Shown: piece after piece, positions 29,853 to 40,073 of the stretch
Position numbering within the stretch: the first letter of the stretch is position 1
Layout: the number at the start of each line of letters is the position of its first letter
Assembly (NCBI GenBank): GCA_963521575.1
Contig: CAUQVM010000001.1
Coordinates: forward strand, 285 to 64,284
Direction of reading: 5' to 3'
Origin: an uncultured Rothia sp.
GTDB lineage: Bacteria > Actinomycetota > Actinomycetes > Actinomycetales > Micrococcaceae
Length of the DNA stretch: 64,000 nt
The notes under the pieces: generated by a model
Database searches by the model: none
Told to the model about the DNA's origin: nothing
What the model saw: the letters and a program-made list of their open reading frames with translations, nothing else
Position numbers and translations under genes: made by a program

Positions 29853-30332
29853 ATGTCTGACTCAACCTCTTCCCAGACGCGGCAGAAGCTTCTGCTGGTC
29901 TCCAGTAGCGGTGGCCATTTGAAGCATCTGACGGCGACCGCTGCAGCCTGGAAGGACTACGACCGCGTGTGGGTCAGCTTTAAGCAACCCGATGTGGAGT
30001 CCTCACTGGCAGATGAGAAGACCTACTGGGCGTACTACCCTACGACGCGCAATGTTAAGAACGCTATTCGTAATCTTTTCCTGGCGTTTCAGATTTTTCC
30101 AAAGGAACGCCCCGATGCGGTGGTCTCGGCCGGTGCCGGCGTTGCGGTTCCGTTCTTTGTGGCTGCCAAGCTCTTCGGCGCGAAAACGCTGTACATCGAG
30201 TGTTTTGACCGTCCAACTCTGCCGACAATGACAGGCAAAATGCTGTACACTTTTGCCGATCGCATCATTGTCCAGAGCGAGGAACAGCATGAGAATTTCC
30301 CGGATTCTCGTGTGATTCATCCTATTTTCTAG
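29853..30332 (+). CDS. Alg14/PssD/CpsF-like glycosyltransferase acceptor subunit
   Basis: SSSGGHL, ERPDAVVSAGAGVAVP and YIE ... PTMTGK motifs. Confidence 0.9.
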   Translation: MSDSTSSQTRQKLLLVSSSGGHLKHLTATAAAWKDYDRVWVSFKQPDVESSLADEKTYWAYYPTTRNVKNAIRNLFLAFQIFPKERPDAVVSAGAGVAVPFFVAAKLFGAKTLYIECFDRPTLPTMTGKMLYTFADRIIVQSEEQHENFPDSRVIHPIF

Positions 30333-30344
30333 AAGTGATGTAAT

Positions 30345-30396
30345 TATCCCGAGGATAATGTCCCCTCATGTGTTGGGGGGCGTTATCCTCGGGGTA
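30345..30396. terminator. Hairpin between the Alg14- and Alg13-like genes
   Basis: cccgaggataatgtcccct ... ggggggcgttatcctcggg. Confidence 0.55.
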
Positions 30397-30613
30397 TAGT
30401 ATTTATTAACATACAGATACGCATTTGTCGTGCGCTCCACTGTGGACTCACTATCCATGCGAACTAACCACTCGCCAGAGAAGCGTATTGCGGGGACTAA
30501 CCACCATTTTCTCCGGCACGACGACGCCTCATCTTTTCATGATGCCCTCCGGATTATTATTGCATCGAAATGAATGTGGTTACTACCGATAAATACATAG
30601 AGAGGAATAGGCA

Positions 30614-31324
30614 ATGTCTATTCAAAACTTCCCCCAGGCCAGTATCGATACTTCCAAGTTTGATCTGCCCGTATTTACTCCTGCCGTCGCGCCCGTTCGT
30701 ATTCCGACTAAGACCTACGATCTGGTGGTGTCGCTCGGCACTGACGTTCATACTTTTGATCGTCTTCTGCGTTGGGTTGAGGCCTACCTTGAGGCTCACC
30801 CGCAGGTCACCTGCCTTGTGCAGCACGGTCATACCGCCCCCATTAAGCACGCTGAGAACCTGAAGCTTCTGCCCGCGGAGGAGCTACTGGACTACTACGC
30901 AAACACGCGTGTAGTGCTGGTTCAGGGCGGCCCCGGCTCTATTCAGGATGCGCGCCGCACCGGTGCCCTGCCCCTGGCCGTCCCCCGTCGTGCAGAGTTC
31001 AATGAGGTTGTCGATAACCACCAGGTTCCCTTCACCGCCCTGATGGAGAAGCGTGGCCACGCCATTGTTGTAGAAAACCGTGAAGACCTCTTTGATAAAC
31101 TCGATTTGGCCCTCTCCAACCCCTCCCTGTTCCGTACTGCTGAGCCGTATGTCTCCACCCCGGAGATTTCTGCCGCTCAGTTGAGCGAGGAACTTCACGA
31201 CCTGCTGGCGGGTAAGACCCGCCGCAAGGACTCCTTCTGGGGCCGCCTGAAGCAGGCCGCCCGCGCGCACCGTGCGGGCAAGGCGGAAATGGACCGTATT
31301 AACGCAATGACTCCCAGCGCCTAA
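30614..31324 (+). CDS. Alg13/PssE/CpsG-like GT28 C-terminal catalytic subunit
   Basis: VSLGTDVHTFDRL, QGGPGSI and VPRR ... EVVDNHQ motifs. Confidence 0.9.
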   Translation: MSIQNFPQASIDTSKFDLPVFTPAVAPVRIPTKTYDLVVSLGTDVHTFDRLLRWVEAYLEAHPQVTCLVQHGHTAPIKHAENLKLLPAEELLDYYANTRVVLVQGGPGSIQDARRTGALPLAVPRRAEFNEVVDNHQVPFTALMEKRGHAIVVENREDLFDKLDLALSNPSLFRTAEPYVSTPEISAAQLSEELHDLLAGKTRRKDSFWGRLKQAARAHRAGKAEMDRINAMTPSA

Positions 31325-31567
31325 TACGGCCTAGGCGCGTTATACCGCGCCCTCACAGCTTGTTCGAGGCATCAAGCGTCCGAACATTAACCGGTATGCG
31401 GGTCCGGGTGAGGGTTTTAGCCCGTGAATTCTTAGGATTATTCTCTCGATTTCACGGCATATTCCCAGCCGGATTCGTATCGTACGGCTAGGTTGCGAAC
31501 CCCCGTGCACCGTATCCTTAGTAAGGATGATGCGCGGGGTTTATCGCGTACTACGAAAGGAAAAAAT

Positions 31568-32065
31568 ATGGCAGTTCAGGAATCCACCGTTATTAACGCA
31601 AACGTAGAGCAGGTCATCGAGGCCTTCTCCAGCGAAGACTTCGCTCGCTTTGTTTGCTCCGAGGTTGGTGTTGAGTTCGGTAGCTTCTCGGTCTCCGGCG
31701 ATACCGCCGCAGCCTTCACCGCTACCACCGAGCGCACCATTCCGGCCGAGCGCGTTCCGGATATCGCTCGCAAGTTCGTCGGTAACGGCGTCTCCATGAC
31801 TCAGGTGGATAACGTAAGCGCACCGGCAGCCGATGGTTCCCGCACCATTAACACCGAGGTGAAGGTCAACGGCGTTCCCGTATCCGCTCAGGCAACCCAG
31901 CAGCTGACCCCTGAGGGCGATCAGACCCGTCTGGACGTCAACGGTGAGGTTAGCTGCTCGATTCCGCTGGTGGGCAAGAAGATTGCCGCTACCGCTGAGC
32001 CTCAGGTTGGCCGCGTGCTGAAGGTTCTGGGCACCTCCGCTGAGAAGTGGCTGGCACAGCGCTAA
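31568..32065 (+). CDS. DUF2505 family (START/SRPBCC-like) protein
   Basis: GAAAGG RBS; size ~165 aa; VSCSIPLVGKKI motif. Confidence 0.75.
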   Translation: MAVQESTVINANVEQVIEAFSSEDFARFVCSEVGVEFGSFSVSGDTAAAFTATTERTIPAERVPDIARKFVGNGVSMTQVDNVSAPAADGSRTINTEVKVNGVPVSAQATQQLTPEGDQTRLDVNGEVSCSIPLVGKKIAATAEPQVGRVLKVLGTSAEKWLAQR

Positions 32066-32123
32066 TCTCTCCTGTGCTCTCACCCGGGTCGCGGTGCTGA
32101 GTTACCTCACCCGTAGAGTACCG

Positions 32124-32161
32124 AAAAATCCCCGTCATCTGCAGAGGATGGCGGGGATTTT
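32124..32161. terminator. Bidirectional terminator
   Basis: aaaaatccccgtcatc ... gatggcggggatttt between convergent genes. Confidence 0.8.
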
Positions 32162-32216
32162 CCGTCTCTAGAGCACCTCAGCCGGGGCACCCTGGACGCC
32201 GTATTGACGGCGTACG

Positions 32217-32717
32217 CTATTTAGAGGCGACAATCGCCTCGGAGTATTCACGATCGCCCAGCAGGCCAGCGAAGCGGCGCATCTCGACACGCAGGTCATG
32301 CTCGGCTTCCAGCAGGTCAACGACCTTACGTAGCTTGGTGCTGGAGGTATGCTCGGTGTAGGGGAAGTAATGCACCTTCACACCCACCTCGACGAAACGT
32401 GCTTCAAGGGCGTTGCCTTTATCAGTACCCTGCCAGTCGTCACCCTTGAAGAAGACGTTGAACGGCTTCTGCTTCCAGGTCTCGAGCTTATCGGGGGTGG
32501 TTTCAATGTGTACTTCATCCACGTAGTCAATGTGGCTAACGATGGCAGCACGTTCTTCGATGGGGATGACGGGGCGGCGGCCCTTGGTCACTTCGAGGAC
32601 GTCGTCGTGCACGACGCCTGCAATAAGGTAGTCACAGTTTTCCTTGGCCTTGCGGAGAATCTCCAGGTGGCCGTAGTGGAACAGATCGTAAGCGCCTGCG
32701 GCGTAGCCAATAATCAT
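32217..32717 (-). CDS. TagD-like (glycerol-3-phosphate) cytidylyltransferase
   Basis: GAYDLFHYGH (HxGH), KGDDW and HTSSTKL motifs; start at MIIGY. Confidence 0.88.
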   Translation of the reverse strand: MIIGYAAGAYDLFHYGHLEILRKAKENCDYLIAGVVHDDVLEVTKGRRPVIPIEERAAIVSHIDYVDEVHIETTPDKLETWKQKPFNVFFKGDDWQGTDKGNALEARFVEVGVKVHYFPYTEHTSSTKLRKVVDLLEAEHDLRVEMRRFAGLLGDREYSEAIVASK

Positions 32718-33045
32718 GGGGAAGGGTCCTCGTGGTTGGTAGCGGCGATGGTTAAAAGGGCACGCATGCGTGCGGGCTAGTGGAGGAACATGTCTATTGT
32801 CGTGGGCCGGGTTATTGCGGGTAGAACCCGAGGCGGATGCGGAGCACATTGTTCTGCGCTCATGCTCCGTCTCATATTTCTACTCCACATTTCTGCTCTG
32901 CATTCCTGCACTATATTTCTGCAGTCCGATTTCTGCCCTTCGAACGAATGGTCCGAAAAAGAGTTCCTCGCGGGTGCTGATTAGGCGCCCCTAGCCCTTT
33001 TATTTTAGCAGTCACTCTTTTTCTCGGGACGGGTAATTCTAGAAA

Positions 33046-33079
33046 ATTGAGGCGGATACTACAGAGTATCCGCCTCAAT
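33046..33079. terminator. Perfect hairpin downstream of sufU
   Basis: attgaggcggatact-acag-agtatccgcctcaat. Confidence 0.55.
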
Positions 33080-33309
33080 ATGCAAGATTTAGGCTATTTT
33101 TGAATTTAGTTCAAGAAATACTGAGAGGTTCTTTATTGCCATCTGGTGCAAAAGGTTAGGTTACCGCAGAATTACTATTCGATTTTTTCGTCCAATATTT
33201 TCTCAATATTCCTTATAAAAGTCTCCTCCGCCCGGCACCTACTGCCTGTGTTTCCATCACTGTGGAGAAATCCACCGGTGACGAACCGTGAGGAGCCGAA
33301 AGACAAGCC

Positions 33310-33780
33310 CTAGCCCTGAGCTGCTACCTCCTTCGCGGCTTCTTCAACAGCCACCCAGGACAGCATCGCGCACTTCACTCGCGCCACGAACTTCGACACA
33401 CCCGCGAAGGCCGCCATATCGCCGTATTCCTCTTCATCCAGGGCCACCTGGCCGCGGGAGCGCAACATCTCGCGGAACGCATCCACATAGCTCTGTAGCT
33501 CGGAGAGGGTCATACCCGGAGCCATATCGGAAAGCACCGAAGCCGCCGCCATGGAGATTGAGCAACCGTCACCCTCCCAGGAGACCGACTCGATGGTCTT
33601 TTCCCCGTCCTTCAGATCATCCGAAAGCACCACGCGCAGGTTAATTTCGTCACCGCAGGTGGGGTTGTACTGGTGGTTATCGGCACTCGCATGGCCGGAG
33701 GGAACCTCTACGAGGTGCTCGCCAATGCGCTCCTTAGAATGCTCCAGAATAATATCCTGGTAGAGAGATTCAAGAGACAT
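33310..33780 (-). CDS. sufU: SUF system NifU-family Fe-S/sulfur-transfer protein
   Basis: LYQDIILEH, NPTCGD, GCSIS and RVKCA motifs. Confidence 0.93.
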   Translation of the reverse strand: MSLESLYQDIILEHSKERIGEHLVEVPSGHASADNHQYNPTCGDEINLRVVLSDDLKDGEKTIESVSWEGDGCSISMAAASVLSDMAPGMTLSELQSYVDAFREMLRSRGQVALDEEEYGDMAAFAGVSKFVARVKCAMLSWVAVEEAAKEVAAQG

Positions 33781-33897
33781 ATTAGTCTTCTTCCGTGTGT
33801 TGAGGTATCTGTTAAGTCAGGGATGGCGCAGACGCGGAAAACACGCCGGCCGGGCACGTCTAAACTCTGCGTACCCGGCTCGGCGCATCATCAGATA

Positions 33898-35196
33898 TTA
33901 GAGGCCAAAGTAGGGACGAACCTCGGCGAGAGCCTTCAGGAAGGTATCCACGTCCTCAGTCGTGTTGTAAATATAGGTGGAAGCTCGGGTCGAGGCGGTC
34001 ACACCGGCGCAGCGGTGCAGCGGCTGGGCGCAGTGGTGACCCACGCGCACGGCAATACCCTGGGTATCGAGCAACTGGCCGACATCGTGCGGGTGCACGC
34101 CGTCGATAGCGAGAGCAACCAGGCCGGCGCGCTTGGAGGGGTCGGCGGGACCGAGAAGGCGCACACCCTCAATCTTCTGAACGCCTTCAACCAGGCGAGC
34201 GCCCAGCTTATGCTCCCAGGCCGCCGCATTTTCCATACCCAGGTGCTGCAGGTAACGCACGGCGGCGGCGAAGGCGATTGCCTGCGAGACACGCTGGGTA
34301 CCGGCCTCAAACTTGATGGGCGCGGGCATGTATTTAGTGTCCTGCAGACCCACGCGAGTAATCATGGACCCGCCGGTCAGGAAGGGCGGCAGAGCCTCGA
34401 GCAGTTCGGCACGACCATAAAGTGCGCCAATGCCGGTGGGCGCCAGCATCTTGTGGCCGGAGAACGCGGCGAAGTCGACGTCCAGGGCGTGGAAGTCTAC
34501 GGGCATATGCGGTACGGACTGGCAGGCATCCAAAACCACCAGCGCACCGTGTGCACGAGCCAGGCTCACCAGACGCGGCACATCAGTAATAGCGCCAGTC
34601 ACGTTCGAAACATGGGTGAAGGCCAGGATGCGGGTTTTCTCGTTGATGATTCCCTCGGCCGCCTCGTAGTCGAGCTGACCGTCCTCGGTGGAGGGGATGT
34701 GGCGTAGGGTCGCGCCGGTGCGCTGGGCGAGAATCTGCCAGGGAATGAGGTTCGCGTGGTGCTCAATCTCGGTGGTAACAATTTCATCACCGGGCTTCAG
34801 CGCGAAGCGCTTCGCGGCCTCGCCGCCGATACCCTGGGAGGCGTTACCGATCGAGTAGGCAACCAGGTTCAGCGCCTCGGTAGCGTTGGAGGTCCACACG
34901 AGCTCTTCGTCGGTAGCGCCCACGAAATTAGCGACGGTGATGCGAGCATCCTCGAACAGGTCGGTTGCTTCAACCGCGAGGGTATGCGCGCCGCGGTGTA
35001 CAGCGGAGTTGGCGTGCAGGTAGAAGTCGCGTTCTGCATCGAGAACCTGCAGGGGTTTCTGGCTCGTAGCCCCGGAATCCAGGTAGACCAGGGGGTGCCC
35101 GTTAACCTCGGTGTTGAGGATCGGGAAGTCCTGGCGGAGCTGACGCACAACGTCGTCGCTCAGGGGGATATTGGCGGGGGTGGAGTATTCAGCCAC
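33898..35196 (-). CDS. sufS: SufS cysteine desulfurase
   Basis: YLDSGATSQKP, EHHAN, SGHKM and RVGHHCAQP motifs. Confidence 0.95.
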   Translation of the reverse strand: MAEYSTPANIPLSDDVVRQLRQDFPILNTEVNGHPLVYLDSGATSQKPLQVLDAERDFYLHANSAVHRGAHTLAVEATDLFEDARITVANFVGATDEELVWTSNATEALNLVAYSIGNASQGIGGEAAKRFALKPGDEIVTTEIEHHANLIPWQILAQRTGATLRHIPSTEDGQLDYEAAEGIINEKTRILAFTHVSNVTGAITDVPRLVSLARAHGALVVLDACQSVPHMPVDFHALDVDFAAFSGHKMLAPTGIGALYGRAELLEALPPFLTGGSMITRVGLQDTKYMPAPIKFEAGTQRVSQAIAFAAAVRYLQHLGMENAAAWEHKLGARLVEGVQKIEGVRLLGPADPSKRAGLVALAIDGVHPHDVGQLLDTQGIAVRVGHHCAQPLHRCAGVTASTRASTYIYNTTEDVDTFLKALAEVRPYFGL

Positions 35197-35217
35197 GGGT
35201 ACCTTCTTCTCTCGCTC

Positions 35218-35259
35218 ATACGCTCCACGGGGCGGGTATTTTCCCGTCGTGGAGCGTAT
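35218..35259. terminator. Hairpin between pth and sufS
   Basis: atacgctccacggggcggg ... cccgtcgtggagcgtat. Confidence 0.5.
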
Positions 35260-35349
35260 AACGTCATTCTTTTCTAGCTTATTCCCTCGCGAGGCTCTTG
35301 CATAGTTAGGTAGAGCCTAGTTCGCGGGGTGCACAGCGACGAGGATCAG

Positions 35350-35937
35350 CTAGGAGGCGGCGCCGTGGTAGCGTTGCTGGGTTGCCAGCAGGCCCTCCTT
35401 AATGAGCATAACGGTCGCATCCGATGCATTCGAGATGAGGAAGGGTAGGGCTTTTGCCTCGGTGCTGCTAAAGGGCTTAAGCACGAAGTCGGCGGTGTCC
35501 ATACGTCCGGGCGGGCGACCAATGCCGGTACGCACACGATAATAGTCTTTAGTGCCCAGCGCCTTGGTGATATCGCGCAGGCCGTTGTGGCCGCCCTCTC
35601 CCCCGCCGATCTTGAGCTTGATGGTGTCGAAGGGGATATCGAGTTCATCGTGCACAACGATGATATGGTCGGGGTCGATACCGTAGAACTTTGCGATGGC
35701 GCTGACCGGACCACCCGAGGTATTCATATAGCCGAGGGATTTCATAAGAATCACCTTGGGACCGCCAAAGCCTAGCCGCCCCTCCACAACGACCGCGGAA
35801 GCCTTGGAGTGCTTCTTAAAACTTCCTCCGACCTCGGAGGCGAGCTCGTCCAGAACCATCTGGCCGATATTATGGCGGGTCTTTGCGTAATTGGGGCCGG
35901 GGTTACCCAGGCCCACAATCAGCCAGGTATCGGACAT
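35350..35937 (-). CDS. pth: Peptidyl-tRNA hydrolase
   Basis: GLGNPG, TRHNIG, YMNTSG, HDELD and GGHNGL motifs. Confidence 0.97.
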   Translation of the reverse strand: MSDTWLIVGLGNPGPNYAKTRHNIGQMVLDELASEVGGSFKKHSKASAVVVEGRLGFGGPKVILMKSLGYMNTSGGPVSAIAKFYGIDPDHIIVVHDELDIPFDTIKLKIGGGEGGHNGLRDITKALGTKDYYRVRTGIGRPPGRMDTADFVLKPFSSTEAKALPFLISNASDATVMLIKEGLLATQQRYHGAAS

Positions 35938-36013
35938 CTGCGTGCATCCTTTCTCGGGGTGAACTTAAAGCTGGGGGTATAAAAATCTACGGCGTACAAA
36001 ATCTGGGGTATAC

Positions 36014-36051
36014 GAACGGCCCGCACCCCGTAATTAGGATGCGGGCCGTTC
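36014..36051 (-). terminator. Hairpin downstream of rplY
   Basis: gaacggcccgca ... tgcgggccgttc. Confidence 0.6.
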
Positions 36052-36094
36052 CCAGCCCGGCTTAAGCCGGTCTAAAAGCGTTGAATTCCGCTAC

Positions 36095-36379
36095 TTACGC
36101 AACGAACACCAGGTCGATGTGCTGCAGTTCGGGGCGGATGGGGTGGCGCTGGATGTCCTGAACGCGAGCCTTAATGGTCTCACCCTCAACCTCGATTACC
36201 AGCACGGCGTCTGCGTTGCGCACTGCCAGGGTGGTCTCGTGACCGGGCAGGGTCAGGTGCTTGGGCTCTGCGCCGTTGCCGTAAACAACAGCGGGGATCT
36301 TGCCTGCAACGCGTGCGCGACGTGCGTAGCCCTTACCGAAGTCAACGCGGGGCTCTGCAACAATCTTGAATTCAGCCAT
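36095..36379 (-). CDS. rplY: 50S ribosomal protein bL25, short single-domain form (94 aa)
   Basis: GKGYARRAR ... IPAVVYG ... QRHP ... HIDL; GGAG RBS; adjacent to pth. Confidence 0.92.
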   Translation of the reverse strand: MAEFKIVAEPRVDFGKGYARRARVAGKIPAVVYGNGAEPKHLTLPGHETTLAVRNADAVLVIEVEGETIKARVQDIQRHPIRPELQHIDLVFVA

Positions 36380-36440
36380 GGGATTCTCCATTTCTGTAGT
36401 TGTACTTGACGCGCCAAGAGAAACGGCGCGGATGAAGATT

Positions 36441-36500
36441 CCGTACGCCACCTCGTCGATAACGGTTACCGCGCATGCGGCAACCCTCGCCTTGGCCAAG
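36441..36500 (-). promoter_or_regulatory. Candidate structured 5' leader of rplY
   Basis: Minus strand gcca-aggcgag-ggttgccgc-atgc-gcggtaacc-gttatcgacgagg-tggc, directly downstream of a TACAAT -10 box (36512-36507). Confidence 0.45.
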
Positions 36501-36507
36501 ACAATAT

Positions 36508-36551
36508 TGTACAGGTTCCCGGCTTTTCTTCAAGAGCCGGGAACCTGTACA
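36508..36551. terminator. Inverted repeat downstream of rmlCD, overlapping the putative rplY promoter
   Basis: tgtacaggttcccggct ... agccgggaacctgtaca. Confidence 0.55.
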
Positions 36552-36607
36552 TGATATTTTTCACGCCATAGCGCCGAAATCAGCAGTGTGGAATCATATT
36601 CGGCGAG

Positions 36608-38031
36608 TTAGGAGGATGCCTGTTCTAGATAGGCGGCCAGTGCCTCGCGGTGATCACGCGGGGTAAAGCCCGTAGCAATCAGCTTAGACAGGTTCATTGC
36701 TGAATTCGTCGGGCGGTGAGCAAACAGCTCCGCATTCGCGAAGTATGCCTCAGTAGTGGTGTCGCTAACACGAGCCGGGTCGTGACCGGTACCCTCGTAG
36801 ACGGCACGCGCAAACTGAGCCCAGTTAATAACTTCACCGGTATTCGACACATTGTACGTACCGTACTCGGCACCCGTAAAGAGCAGGTGTAGGGCCGCTG
36901 CCGCCAGGTCCTGGGTGAAGGTCGGGCGACCCCACTGGTCGGCAACCACCGACGGATCAATGCCGCGCTCAGCCAGGGATGCCATGGTGCCCACAAAGTT
37001 CTTACCTGCGCCAACCACCCAGCTAGTACGCAGGGTGTAGTGCTTACGCCACGCGGAGGCGGCCACCTCACCGGCTGCCTTGGAGGCACCGTAAACGCTC
37101 AACGGGGCCTGCGGATAGTCCTCCGGATATTCCTCACCCAGGGGCAGGGAACCATCAAAGACGTAGTCGGTGGAGACGTGAACCAGCGGGAGATTCGCTT
37201 CCTCGCAGATGGAGGCGAGTGCGCTCACACCCAGGGCGTTAGCAGCCCAGGCATCACGGCGACCTTCGGGGGTCTCGGCCTGATCCACGGCGGTATACGC
37301 CGCAGCGTTAATGACTGCGCGGAAGGAACGCCAGCGGAAGGCATCACGCCACTGTTCGGGTTGCCCCAGGTCCAGACGGTCGCGGTCGACGGCTAGGAAC
37401 GGCACATTGCGTTCGGTCAGCTGGCGCACGAGCTCAGTACCAAGCTGGCCGCCAGCTCCCACAATGAGGATTGGGTCGGCTTCGAGGCGCTTAATCTCGT
37501 TCAGTCGCGGATGGTTACGATCCTTTTCGGACAGCTCGGCCTTCGCCAGGTCGATGGGCCAATCGATGGCGACGGTCTCATCGGCAAGGTTGAGGAAACT
37601 GTACCCGGATACGGCCTCGGCAGACCAGTGGTCATTGACCAGGTAGGTGTAGGCGGTGTTTTCCTCCAGAGTCTGGAAGGAGTTACCCACACCGCGCGGC
37701 ACGAAGATAGCGGTATCGGGACCCAGCTCCACGGTGACAACCTTGCCAAAAGACTCGCCGGCACGCAGGTCGACCCACGCACCAAAAATGCGGCCGGTCG
37801 CAACCGATACGTACTTATCCCAGGGCTCGGCGTGGATACCGCGGGTGGTGCCTACCGAAGCGTTGAAGGAGATATTGTTCTGCACCGGGTTGAAGTCAGG
37901 CAGACCGGCGGCAACCATCTTCTCACGCTGCCAGTTTTCCTTGAACCAACCGCGGTTGTCGCCGTGAACCGGCAGGTCAATAATGAGCAGGCCGGGAATC
38001 TCGGTTTCGGTAACCTTTAGATCCTTGGTCA

Positions 38032-38032
<1 letters not shown>
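36608..38032 (-). CDS. Fused dTDP-4-dehydrorhamnose 3,5-epimerase / reductase (RmlC-RmlD)
   Basis: N-terminal HGDNRGWFKE, RGIHAEPWDK; C-terminal GAGGQLG, AAYTAVD, STDYVFDG, YGASK. Confidence 0.93.
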
Positions 38033-39096
<1,064 letters not shown>

Positions 39097-39104
39097 AAGA
39101 AGTT

Positions 39105-39965
39105 ATGAAGGGAATTATTCTTGCCGGCGGCACCGGAAGCCGTTTGCACCCTATCACTCAGGGTATTAGCAAGCAGCTCACTCCGGTCTATGACAAGCCG
39201 ATGATTTACTACCCGCTCTCCACTCTGATGCTTGCGGGTATTCGCGATATTCTGATTATTACCACCCCCGCTGAGCAGGAGCAGTTTAAGCGTCTGCTCG
39301 GTGATGGCTCCCGTTTTGGTATTAATCTCGAATATAAAGTGCAGCCTTCTCCGGACGGTCTAGCACAGGCATTTATTCTGGGCGCCGATTTTATCGGTAA
39401 TGACCCCGTAGCTCTTGTTCTGGGAGATAATATTTTCTACGGCCCCGGCCTGGGTACCCAGTTGGCTACCTACGAGCAGAAGGACGGCGCGACCGTTTTT
39501 GCGTACCAGGTAGCCGACCCCCGCGCCTACGGCGTGGTAGAGTTCGACGAGAACTTCAATGCCCTGTCGATTGAGGAGAAACCCGAGACCCCCAAGAGCG
39601 ATTACGCTATTCCGGGCCTGTACTTCTATGACTCCAAGGTGGTCGAGTACGCACGCCAGATTAAGCCTTCCCCCCGCGGTGAGTTGGAAATTACGGATCT
39701 TAACCGTGTCTACCTGGAACAGGGTAAACTGAAGGTTGAGGTTCTGCCGCGCGGCACTGCATGGCTCGATACTGGCACCTTTGATTCACTCGCTGACGCT
39801 ACGAACTTCATCCGCACCGTACAGAACCGTCAGGGTCTGTCAGTTGGCTGCCCCGAAGAAATCGCGTGGCGTCACGGTTGGCTCTCCGATGAGCAGCTCC
39901 GCGATATCGCTACCCCCCTCGTTAAGAGCGGGTACGGTAGCTATCTGCTCGGCCTGCTCCGTTAA
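39105..39965 (+). CDS. rmlA: Glucose-1-phosphate thymidylyltransferase
   Basis: [22 protein letters not shown] and WLDTGT motifs. Confidence 0.97.
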   Translation: MKGIILAGGTGSRLHPITQGISKQLTPVYDKPMIYYPLSTLMLAGIRDILIITTPAEQEQFKRLLGDGSRFGINLEYKVQPSPDGLAQAFILGADFIGNDPVALVLGDNIFYGPGLGTQLATYEQKDGATVFAYQVADPRAYGVVEFDENFNALSIEEKPETPKSDYAIPGLYFYDSKVVEYARQIKPSPRGELEITDLNRVYLEQGKLKVEVLPRGTAWLDTGTFDSLADATNFIRTVQNRQGLSVGCPEEIAWRHGWLSDEQLRDIATPLVKSGYGSYLLGLLR

Positions 39966-40073
39966 GGCTTCAATCACCCGGGGATATAACTAATTATCCC
40001 TTCATCGCCTGCATCAATACTCCACGGTGCGGGCACGCACTAACTCAAACTTTTCTGGAGTTTTCTCACTACT

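Noticed and set aside
33310..35196. sufS-sufU separated from sufBCD
   Set aside because: Split suf loci are not unusual, and the other genes probably lie elsewhere.
33673..35277. Long plus-strand ORFs antisense to sufS
   Set aside because: Shadow ORFs with no recognisable protein features.
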